DNA from: Octopus vulgaris
Taxonomy: Eukaryota
DNA length: 64,000 nt
NCBI GenBank assembly: GCA_951406725.2
Contig: OX597831.1
Location: forward strand, 53,258,001 to 53,322,000
Reading direction: 5' to 3'
Part shown: positions 52,461-64,000 of the stretch, piece after piece
How positions within the stretch are numbered: position 1 is the stretch's first letter
How the letters are laid out: every line of letters begins with the position of its first letter
Notes under the pieces: generated by a model
Database searches by the model: none
Seen by the model: only the letters and a program-made list of their open reading frames with translations
What the model was told of the DNA's origin: nothing
Translations under genes and position numbers: made by a program

Positions 52461-53489
52461 ACACATTTGATACTAGATCACCTCCTCTAATACCCACTGT
52501 GTTGTAGCAAGACACCTGCTTCTGTCTCTATTACTTTGTCACACTTTAACCTTTCATCCTCTGACACATGTTTCTTCCCTTCCTCAAATGCCCTGCCCTT
52601 CCCTTAATTCCTGGTCCTGTGAGTTACTTGGTTACCCTGCCAGTACTGGTTTCCCATTAAAAGCATCCAGTCAGCACTGTAACATGGTTGGCATTTGCAA
52701 GGGCATCCAGCAGTAAAATCCCTGCCAAAACAGACACAGCAGCCGAGGGTAGTTTTTCTAACTGGCCAGCTCCTGTCAACCATGCAGATGATCATTAAAT
52801 GTTGATGATGATGATACTTTATTGTTCTTCTGAGGTAGGATCAACATAAAAAAGTATTCTATATAGTGAGAAATAAATATCATTTGATGTACACTATATG
52901 AAAATAGGAGCTACTAATAGTTTTTTGCCATTGAGGTATTGGTTAGACTGATTTTTACAACAGGCCTTGTATCTCCAAGCAATATTCAGGCTTTGGGTAC
53001 TTGGTTTGTCTTATTTGAAAATTAGGATACTGGTACATGAGAAACCATGAGAAGGTTGACGTAAAAAGTGGAATGAGAAGAAAAAGAGCAAATAAAAATG
53101 GAGAAAGAAACGAAAGAAAAGAAAGAAAATTAGAGTTATTTAGAATTACTTTCCCTTCGACTGTAGAAATCATAATGAAACTAGCTGGTGTAGAATAATT
53201 CAATGAAGAAGAGTCCAAAAGCCTGCAAGACAGCTGCTCAATCTGGAGAATGTGATGTCCTTCAGTTCAACAAAAGATATGTGGCGATATACTTGCATCT
53301 GCTGAAAATTTCAGATCTGGAATTAAGTTATGCGGTGGAATTCTTGGATCTAAAAAGACTGTGATCTTTTGGCTATGCATAAGCTGCATCTCTTAGATCC
53401 ATTTACACATGGCATAAATTTCTCCATGATTCTCTGCTCGATTGTATGTAGTATGCAGCTGGTCTTCACATGCTTGTGTGTGTACATAT

Positions 53490-54105
53490 TATGCATATAT
53501 ATATATATAAATACACAATGAGACAAGAAAGCAAAATATTCGAATAGACGATACAAAAAACACGGACGGGTCATTCGAAGCCTCTAATCTTCAGTCAAGA
53601 ACCAGATCATCCTTGCAATTTCGGCTGATTAATCTTGAGATTGCGCCGATCTGGCCAGCCCCAAGAAAAAACTAAGCTACGAGCATTAGATTTCTTGGAA
53701 AAAGGATCGAATGTATACGAAACGAGGACAGAAGAACAGACAATGTTACACAAATCATCATCATCATCATCATCATAAATACAAAAACAAAAAATAATAC
53801 GAAAATAAATACAAAAAACAATAATAATAATACTAACAGGACATAACAACAGGCGTCTTTCGACTTAGATGAATTGAACTCAGCTGGCGTATTTGAAAAA
53901 TAATGCCTTGCGGCAGACGAAGAAAGCAATGTTATTGTGGCGCGAGTCTGAAGCGAAAAGGTTATAGTTGGCCAACGGTCACGTGAAAAGAGAAGGGAGA
54001 GAAAAAGAGAAACAAAAGTATTAAGGAGGGGGAGAAGGGAGAGAAAAAGAGGAACAAGGAATTAAGGAGGGGGAGAAGAAACATTGCTTTCTTCATCTGC
54101 CGTAT
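53490..54105. mobile_element. (TA)n-associated, probably Penelope-like, repeat
   Basis: About 230 bp shared with 63690-63950; internal inverted segment 53910-53933 vs 54078-54102. Confidence 0.55.
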
Positions 54106-55152
54106 TTATATTATACCATTTAGAAAAATTACATTGTATAGAAAGATTAAATATAAGATAAAACATATACCAATGATTAAGTAATGTATATATAATTAAG
54201 TAATGTATATATAATTAATGGCTTTGAGATTAAGATGCTGAACTACAAGCTAAATAATGATCAGGAGTTCAAACTTCATGAAAGCAGTAAAGGTATAGCA
54301 TTTCTGAATACATTTATTCTGAAATTTGATTTAGTATTTCTAAATAGAATTTTTCCCTGTAAATTTGGAATAATATTCCCTCATATTATATATATATTAT
54401 CATTCCAAAAGGAATTGAAATTAGTTATTAGTTAACATGATTAACCCCCATCACACTCCTGCCATATTTCCTTGTACAGCATTTTGGCCAAGTTATGAAC
54501 TGACAATATTCTGTAAATCAGTTTTTAAGGACTTTATTGGATTAATAAAATATAGAATTTGTATGTATAATTAATGGCCTTGAGATTAAGATACTGAACT
54601 ACAAGCTAAATAATGATCAGGAGTTCAAACTTCATGAAAGCAGTAAAGGTTTAGCATCTCTGAATAAAGTACAAGATTCTGCTTGGCTCAGTTTGCTCAG
54701 CTGACAACAGGTTCCACTTCCACTTCATGTTTGGGTATTCTAGTACTGAACAACTAATTATACGGCTATAAGAAAATCAACATTGTCCATACTTCTGTAA
54801 GGGTAAAATCAGAAAGAAATAACAGCCAAGATCAGCAATTATTAACTGTTGTTAATTAAATCAGAGACGCCAGTGAAATGGTCATGTTTTGTTGATGTTG
54901 ATGATGATGATGATGATTGTTTACATTTGCTTGGCTGTGAGATGTTTGGGTTCTGTATGTACTGTTCAACTTCTTTTATCAGGGACGGAATATTTTTCTT
55001 CAGAGCTGTTTCAACATCTACAGAGTAGAAAGCAATGATACTTTGTTGTTAAATAAACTGGCAACATTTAGTGAATAGAATTATTGATAATCAATCATGT
55101 TGGAATTCATATGCAGGCATATATATATACATAGATACATATATATATATAT

Positions 55153-55833
55153 GAATTTTGGCGCGCTATAACGAGGGCATTCGAATCATAACTGCGAATA
55201 TAATAGACTTGCTCGTTTACGTTCATAGTTGTGCTAATTCTCCTTGGGAACAAATCTTGGTGGTTGAGACCATTGCGGATCTATTTTTAGTGCAAGAATG
55301 ACTACATAGTGGACACTCTCTTATATTTGTGTATTACTTTTTACTGTATCCCAGGTTCTTATGCGCTAAACCACTTGGTGTTAAATTGATGTTATTATTG
55401 AATTAATATCCAATTTTTTCACCCTTATTTTTTATTTTAATTATACTGCAGTAAATTATTTATGCAGTATTTGTTTCCAGGAATTTTGGCGTGCTATAAT
55501 GAGGACATTCGAATCATAACTGCGAATATAATAGAATGAACCACACGTGTGTTTGGCTTTATGTTAAAATCTGGCGTGCGGTTCAGTAAATTGTATTCAT
55601 GACAAATTCTACTGAAGAGCTGCAGATCTATTATGTAAGTAACACTGCATAATCCATTAAAAGCGAAACAATTGTCTAGAATTAATCTACATTTTTGTTA
55701 TTTTTCATTTGTCCTGCTCGTTTACGTTCATAGTTGTGCTAATTCTCCTTGGGAACAATTCTTGGTGGTTGAGACCATTGCGGATCTATTTTTAGCGCAA
55801 GAGTGACCACATAGTGAACACTCTCTTATATTT

Positions 55834-55835
<2 letters not shown>
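55153..55835 (+). mobile_element. Penelope pLTR/retrozyme-like partial tandem repeat carrying a hammerhead
   Basis: Blocks 55153-55207 = 55481-55535 and 55210-55331 = 55716-55835; flanked by (TA)n. Confidence 0.7.
55605..55683 (+). ncRNA. Intact type I hammerhead ribozyme
   Basis: AATTCTA-CTGAAGA-GCT...AGC-GAAA-CAATTG-TC^TAGAATT: perfect 7-bp stem I, full catalytic core, GUC cleavage triplet. Confidence 0.88.
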
Positions 55836-55874
<39 letters not shown>

Positions 55875-55912
55875 CACATACATACATATATATACCTACA
55901 CACACACACACA

Positions 55913-56784
55913 TAGGGTGTAATGGGTAAATTGTTGCCATTTCATATTCTTTATTTTGTGCATGTGTATTGTCTGTTTTTGGTTTTGTCAACTGCACAGT
56001 ATAGTATGGCCAGTTAGGCACCGTCTGTGATAAAAACAGCACCATGACACAATTCATTCAGCCAGAAATTTGGAAACGACATAATGTACTGCTTAACGTT
56101 CACGCTGGAAGCTCCAATATGAACATTTCAGAGTGTTTGGGTGTCAGTCTGGAGACATGTACTGAGAATGATAAAAATCAAACATCCAGTCAACGTAATG
56201 GTGTTTGGAGTAATCACTAGTGATAGGGACGTTATGACTCCATTCATCTTCCCTCACAACCTCAGACTCAACACGGAAGCCTACATCAAGTTCCTGGAGG
56301 AGGTAGTGCTGCCTTGGGTCAAGAGGGTAGCTGCTGGCAGATCCTATGTCTGGCAACAGGACTCTGCACCATGCCACACAAGCAGGAGAACCTAGTCATG
56401 GCTGTCAGACAATTTTTGCAACCACATCACCCCTAACATTTGGACGCCTAACTCTCCAGACTGCAACCTTCTTGATTATTATGTGTGGGGTGCAGTTGAG
56501 AAAGAGACCAACAAAACACCTTGTAACACCAAAGGTGAACTGAAGGCAAGAATTATGGCAGCATTCACCAACTTAAACAAGGAGACCATCCAGAAGAGCT
56601 GCAGGAGGTTCTGAAATATCTGGAGGGCGTGATGGAAGCCAATGTTGATTTTATTGAATAAATTTACTCTTTAGTATTTCAAGATATTTTTATTTAATTT
56701 TGGTAAATATATCTGTTAAAATGAGATGTCAGTGTTATTTTCATTTTTGTGTAATTTAGACGACAGTTTATTCACCGCATCCTG
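55913..56784 (+). mobile_element. Internally deleted maT (DD37D) Tc1/mariner element
   Basis: VMVFGVI, WQQDSAPCHT and PNSPDCNLLDYYVWG motifs, 37 residues between the last two Asp; imperfect TIRs; in-frame stops. Confidence 0.9.
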
Positions 56785-57415
56785 TACACACATGCACGCA
56801 CGCATGTGGGTAATACATATCCTTTGGATGTTTCTAACAGAATGTAATATTCAGAAGTAATGTATGTATTCAAGGATTTAAATGGATCTTTACCTTTTAA
56901 CACAAAACCAGAATCAACAATAGTTTTATGCTGGTATTTCCAGATATGATAGATCTTAAAATATGTTGCTACAAAAACCTCATTCACAACTGATATCACA
57001 TCGCCTTGCTTGTTACACAACCTGAAATTATTTACAAAGATGATTTAATTAGAAAAATGTAATTAGAAAGGCCTTAGGAAAATGTAAGTTATAACGACCT
57101 CAGAAAAAAACAACTATGTAAATAAAATTCTTTTTAAATAGACAAGAAAATTAATCTATTGATTAATTAATCTATTTATCTGTATATTCATTAAAAATAC
57201 TGAAAACAACTTAATCAATTTCAAAGCTTGTTAGCTTCAAGGGAGTTGATGTTATTGTAATGAAATTAGTATATATCTAGAAAACTGTTGCAATTATTAT
57301 TGCTTTCAAAGTGAGCTATGAAAGTCTTTTGAGAATGATTATTGAGGATAATGCTGAGAAATACACGATTATGAACAACTGCATATATAATGATGACACA
57401 TTTTATATGGACAGC

Positions 57416-57461
<46 letters not shown>

Positions 57462-57490
57462 AAAGTTGGTCTGTGAAAGCACGTGGTTGA

Positions 57491-57732
57491 ATATATAGAA
57501 AATAGTAAAAAGTGAAAAAACTACAGAAGGCTTGTTTTAAAAGGTTAAAAAATATATATTTGAGTCAATATGTCTGAAGAATATTATAAATTTTTTTTTT
57601 TTTTCGTTTTTTCCTAAACTATGTCATTGTAAGAAAAAAAAAATTATAATATTCTTCAGACATATTGACTCAAATATATATTTTTTAACCTTTTAAAACA
57701 AACCTTCTGTAGTTTTTTCACTTTTTACTATT

Positions 57733-57740
<8 letters not shown>
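57491..57740. repeat. Near-perfect inverted repeat with about 110-bp arms
   Basis: atagaaaatagtaaaaagtg...gaatattataa mirrored by ttataatattc...cactttttactattttctat. Confidence 0.9.
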
Positions 57741-57771
<31 letters not shown>

Positions 57772-58499
57772 GGATAACAGTATATATAATGGTTAAATAT
57801 TTTATATGGATAACTGTGCAACTAATGCATAAAAACATTATATATATATTCTATATAGACAAGTATGTATATAATAGATACATGAACCACTCTATCTAGC
57901 AGTCATTGGTTTGGGAAGTTACCATATTCTGTAAGGAAATCATGAAAAGAAACAGGTGGAGATTAGTGGCTTGTGAGAGCTGTGCAGGCTATGAATAAAT
58001 ATGTAAATAAGGACTCAGTTCTCAGCCCTCCCTGCTATTTTTTGCAATTACCCAAACCTTAACAGAGAAGCTTAAAAACCTGTTGTTTATAGAAACTTAT
58101 GTAAGCCAATGGCCTAATTCTCACACTGGAAGCAGTCGTTGAGTTAGAGAAATGTTGAAGTAAAGCCTATAATCAAGAAAGACAAAGTTTTGAAGACAGG
58201 TCTCTCTTACTGCCATGTGGGAAGAGGCTATGATCAATATGCAAAAAAGAAGTGAATAGGAGTTCCATACTGTGTACTTAATATAAAGTATGGGGGCATG
58301 TAAAGATGTAGTGGAACCATAAGCAGATAACAGAGAAGAACTATGTATGTAGCAGATGATAAAGAGAAGTTAGCAATAAGATCACAAATCAGATCAGCAA
58401 TAAGATCATCAATAGTTCTTTTTTCCAAATGCTCAGAAATCCCCATAGAAGAGGTCGTTTGCTTCTGTATCCTAGGTAACTTATTTAGCTGTGGAAGAG

Positions 58500-59045
58500 G
58501 GTGTTTAGGAAGCTTAGTAGTCAGGGTAAGAACAGGAGAGAGAAGGTCAAGGAAGTTACTACTTTGGAAAACCAAAATAAGTTTCTCTCCTAAATATAGA
58601 GTGCAGATTGTATGATGTTTGTTGTTTAAGTGTGATGTTGCATGATGAGCATTGGATATAGAGGATGTGTGGAAGTTGAAAAGAAATCAGACAAGCATGC
58701 TCTATGGGATGTGTAATGTTAGTGAGGAGGAATTACGAGCATAAATGAACTGAGTAGAAAACTGATATGGAAGGAATTAGATGTATGGTATGGGAAGAAT
58801 TAGATGAGAAAAGATTAAGTGATTCATAGAGAGAATGACATTTGTGGAGAGATGTGCCAAATGATTCAAATGTAAGGAATCTATGGAAGAAGAAAACCAA
58901 GGGAAGACATGGGAATAAGTAATGGAAGCTGATCTCAAGAAGCTGAACCATATGATGGTGATGACAAAGGATTGCACAAATAGTGAAATGATGCACTGAA
59001 GAAGACCTCTGCAACACACACAAACTCAGGAAGTCATCATCATCA
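58500..59045 (+). mobile_element. Decayed RTE-clade LINE 3' end
   Basis: Frameshifted remnants resembling R.YD..V.S..L..EDV..L.RN.TSML..MCNVS, ending in a (cat)n tail. Confidence 0.6.
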
Positions 59046-61227
59046 ACATCATCATTATCATTTAACATCTATGATTCTATCTTTGCATGGGTCAGACAGA
59101 ATTTGTTGAGGCAGATTTGCTGCAGTTGATGGCTCTTCCTGTCAACTCCTCTTACCTGCTTCCAAGCAAGGTAATATTTATCGTGACCAAACAATGACCA
59201 GTCTGGAAACAAACCACATTATTTGTGTGACAATAATGCCAAATCTTTTTGAGCGTTCTTTTGTGTATTTTCCATTCTTGCGATAGGAGATATTTTATCT
59301 TTTATTTTCTACTTGTTTCAGGCATTATACTGCAGCCATGCAGGAGCACTGCCTCAAAGAATTTTCATCAAATGAATCAAGCCCAGTACTTATCTTTTAA
59401 CTCTGTTACTTATTCTAGTGATCTGCTTTGCTGAACTGCTAAGTTACGGGGATGTAAACACACCAACACCAGCTGTCAAGCAGTGGTGGGGGACAAAAAC
59501 AGATAACAAAGACTCACACACACACATACAAAAACTACCATTATAATTAAAAATAAAATTAATTATAATAGAAAGATTACTGGAACTTTGAATCAGACAG
59601 TATCTCATGATTAATATACAAACATCTGTAACTAAGTAGTTTAAATAATTCTTAGTAGATATATTAATATTAAAATATTAATTAAATGGTAAATATGATT
59701 ACAAATATTACTTACCGGTTACTATATTATTATGTATGGTTAATTAAAATTTTGATTTAAATTAAGTACATATCTCAGGAATATGTGATTGATATTATAT
59801 AACAACTAATAAATTTAAGTTAAGAGTGGCTGTGTGGTAAGTAGCTTGCTTATGAACCACATGGTTCTGGGTTCATTCCCACTGCGTGGCACCTTTGGCA
59901 AGTGTCTTCTACTATAGCCTTGGGCCGACCAAAGCCTTGTGAGTGGATTTGGTAGACGGAAACTGAAAGAAGCCCGTCACATATATGTATATATATGTGT
60001 ATATGTGTGTGTGTTTGCAACTCCAACATTGCTTGACAACTGATGCTGGTGTGTTTACGTCCCTGTAACTTAGCAGTTTGGCAAAAGCGACTGATAGAAT
60101 AAGTACTAGGCTTACAAAGAATAAGTCCTGGGGTCGATTTGCTTGACTAAAGGTGGTGCTCCAGCATGGCCACAGTCAAATGACTGAAACAAGTAAAAGA
60201 GTAAAAAAGTAAAAGAATACAGTGAATTAATCTAATAAATGTTTTGATATTATTAATTTTTAATTTTTTAAGTTTTTGATTTTATTTTGATTTGTTAACA
60301 TTTATGTTTTCCTTAATTAAATCGTTGATTACTATTCTCACAATAAATAAATACATTATGCACAAATATTGGTGACATCATATTCAAATATGGTAATCAG
60401 TAAGCAGCATTTGATTCATCATTGTTTTATAACTTTCAACACTTTAACTCATGCTTGCAAAAAAGCATAAAGAATATTATATATTCGTAACTATAATCTT
60501 AAAATTTAAATAAATAGTAACATTAATTATAATAATCTTTAGGTTAACTATAATTTCTAGAATGCAACTATAATAAATATAATATAATAAATTTCTTAGG
60601 TGATTAACTACTTTACTGACATTGATCTACCATAGGTAATAAGGTAAATTACAATCAACGCTTTTAGCTCCAGTTAAAGTAATCGTATCATTTAAACTAA
60701 CCAACGGATAATCTTGGTTTGTTTTTCAACACATTACACATGCACGCGCTCAGATGTATTAAACAAATTTGCATATACACATACATTAATAATGTTTTTT
60801 TTTTAAATACATTGGTTGCTAAAATGCACATATCTGAGTCAATCAAGGATCAACCAACACATTGAGTGTAGCTCCTTTTTTATCAAATTCTTCCCCTGAA
60901 GAAATACCCAATTAATGATATTCGACATGAAAATTTAAATTAATTTATTTTAATTTAATTTCTCAAACTTAATTAATTGGGTATGGAAACAGTTGTAGGA
61001 GCAAGGAATTTGCTATTGTACAGAATTGTTTATGTTCAAATAAATTGATGCCTATACATCAGTTTCTCCGTTTTCTTTTTCTATTACTTAAACGATTTAT
61101 ACCCATGTCCATCAGTGTGAAACTAACATCTTTGGTTTTTCACTGACACTGGATAAAACCAGTGAACATGGATGCTGACATCCCTTTAAAAGGATTTTAT
61201 AGCCTTGATTTAATTTAATTGAATATA

Positions 61228-62060
61228 TGTATTCTGATCAATAAGTATCCGGACTGTTGCAATAGTAATGAAGCTAAAGCATGCAGAGTGAAGTACTTGG
61301 CACAGATTGACCTTCAACTCTGCTGTGCATGTACACTATGTTTTAATGTTCTAGCTCACTTCTGTTTACAGCACTGCTTGGAAGGAATGTAATGTGTGAC
61401 TGTCGCATTGACCGTTGAGGAGAAAATCTGCATCAAATTTTGCCAAAAGCTTGGTGATACCTGCTCAGAGGCCTACGCAAAGTTTTAAAAAAGGCTTCAT
61501 TGTTCTCGACACAATCAAGGAGATCTGAAACCTGAGTATCTTTTTGGTCAGCTGAAAACAGTTTTGGCACAAACTTGGTAGTCACGCGTCTCATACCCAA
61601 ATCTTCAGTGATAATGGACTGGAACCGTAACTAATCTGCACATCCTCTGATAATTCACAGATGGTGATCTGACAATTACCCCTCACAGCTGCATACACAT
61701 CTGTGATGTTTTTCTCAGTTCTGCTGGTTGCAGATCTCCCAGATCGTTCATCAATATCGACATACTTTCAGCCATCTTGGAAACATCTGAACCACTCATA
61801 CACTTATGAGTAGCCCATACACTCCTCTCCATACACTTTCTGCAACTTTGTATAGGCTTTTGGGCAGGTATCACCATGACAACTTTCTGTCATGGTGAAT
61901 GCAACGATCACACGCTACACACCTTCCTTCCAAGCACTGCTGTAAACAGAGGAAGTGAGCTAGAATGTTAAAACTTAGTGCACATGCACAACAGAGTTGA
62001 AGGTCAATCTGTGCCAAGCAGCTTCACTCTGTGTGCTTTAGCTTCATTACTATGGCAACA
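61228..62060. mobile_element. Rearranged mariner made of two inverted 5' ends
   Basis: About 155-bp inverted repeats (61255-61410 vs 61895-62059); + arm encodes ICIKFCQKLGDT; - arm encodes VYEWFRCFQDG..DERSGRSATSRT (mariner N-terminal HTH). Confidence 0.8.
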
Positions 62061-64000
62061 CCAATCCACACTGTAATGTAGTTGGTGTTTGGAAGAGCAT
62101 CCACCTGTAAAATCCTTGCCAAAACTGATCTTGCCTGTGCTTGTGCCATGTAAAAAGCACTTAGTCAACTCTGCTGTGTGGTTCGTATTAGGAAGGGCAT
62201 CAAGCCATAAAAACCCTGCCAAAACAGTCACAGAGGTCTGGTGCAGGATTCTGCCTGGCCAGCTCCTGTCAAACCATCCATACCATGCCAGTATTGAAGG
62301 CAGACAGTAAACGATGATGATGATGATGATATATACATATATAAACACATACATATATATACAATTCATGCAATGAGCTTCTTTCAATTTCCATCTCTCA
62401 AATCCATTCACAAGGCTTTGGTTGGCCTGAGGCCATAGAAGACACTTGTTCAAGATGCCATGTAGTGGGACTGAACCCCAGAACCATGTGGGTGAGAAGC
62501 AAACTTCTACCACACAACCATGCTAGTCTACACAGCAGCCTTGAAGGATATATTTCTTTCATACGGCCACACCAGTCATCATCATCAGCATCGTCATCAT
62601 TTAATATCTGTTTCCCATGCTTGTATGGGTCAGATGGAATTTGTGGAAGCAGATGTTACATCTTCCCATAACTCTCTCTTACTCATTTCAGGTGTTAGAC
62701 TGTGGCCATGCTGGGACACTGCCTTGAAGAACTTTGAGACAAGTGAATCAACCGCAGTACTTATTTTTGTTTATTTAAGCCTGGTACTTAGTCTATTGTT
62801 CTCTTTTGCTGAACCACTAAGTTATAAGGATGTAAACACACCAACATCAATTGTCAAATAGTAGTGGGGGACAAACACAAACACAGACATGCATGTGCAC
62901 ATACGCACACAGGCATCCCTCCCCCTAGACACATATGTATATATGTGTATAAGATGGGCTTCTTTCAATTTCTGTCAACCAAATCCACTCACAAAGCTTT
63001 GGTTGATCCAAGACTATAGTAGAAGGCACTTGCCCAAGGTACTGTGATGTGGGACTGAACCCAAGACCACATGGTTGGGAGGCAAACTTCTTAACAAAAT
63101 AGCCATGCATGTGCCTAGTAACTATTATTTCAGAATTAATTCACATATGGTTGGCTGGCATAAGCAAATTCATTAAATCTGATCATTCTGTACCTAGTTA
63201 ATCTATAACACCCCACCAAGGATTTGGTAAAAGCATCATGACCTATTATAATTTGAAACTTATAAAAGAGAGGGACATTGCATTAATCAGGCAAAATCAA
63301 ACAAGTTTTGAAAAGAAGGACAATATGAAATAGTCAAAAAAATCAACGTACTTGTTCAGTCGATCAGTCCTCAAAGCTTGAAGCACCATTTTAGTAGCAT
63401 TCAGACTCATGACACAGAATGGAAAATGCTTTAAAAAATGCAATATACATGCTTATGTATGTGTACATATATATATAGTCAATTCAAATAAACAAACAAT
63501 TCAAATAAATGAATAAAAAATGAAAAAAAAAACAAATATAAGGACATGCACATGAAATGTATGAGCTTGATGCTCAGTGAAAGAAGAGAGTTTGACATTT
63601 TGAGCATAGCTCTTCACCAGAAAGGAGAAAGGAAAAAGTCCAAAGATGGAAAAGAAATTGCCAATGGTACAATGTTTATATATATATATATATATAAAAT
63701 AAAATACAAAATGGGACAAGAACGCAAAACATCCGAACAATTAGGTGATACAAAAAGGGACAACAAAACATCCAGATAGACGATACAAAAAAACAAGGAC
63801 GGGTCATTCAAAGCCTTTTATCTTCAGTCAAGAACCGGATCATCCTCGCAATTTCGGCTGATTAATCTTGAGATTGCTCCAATCTGGCCAGCCCCAAGGA
63901 AAAACTAAGCTAAGAGCATTAGATTCCTTGGAAAAAAGCATCGAATGTATACGAAAACAAGGACGGAAAAACAGACGATGTTACACGAATATAAATACAA

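Noticed and set aside
53575-53640. Hammerhead in the repeat shared with 63800-63870 (minus strand GAAA...CTGAAGA)
   Set aside because: I could not build convincing stems I-III in the required register

Overview
AT-rich, microsatellite- and SINE-dense animal genomic DNA. The repeat landscape suggests an Octopus/coleoid cephalopod genome (inference). The + strand carries the 3' part of SZT2 (KICSTOR scaffold, mTORC1 amino-acid sensing). I could chain 15 GT-AG exons with consistent phases from 1890 to a TAA stop at 40614-40616, plus several candidate frame-preserving microexons. The rest is introns, putative 3'UTR and intergenic DNA filled with tRNA-derived SINEs, RTE and R4-like LINE remnants, mariner/maT, piggyBac, hAT, Helitron-like and foldback elements, often nested. 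The most striking non-annotated signal is a set of type I hammerhead ribozyme motifs in (TA)n-flanked palindromic or partially tandem Penelope/retrozyme-like repeats. One copy (55605-55683) is apparently perfect, and the sense-oriented copies inside SZT2 introns all look decayed. All calls are by eye; no database searches or folding programs were run.
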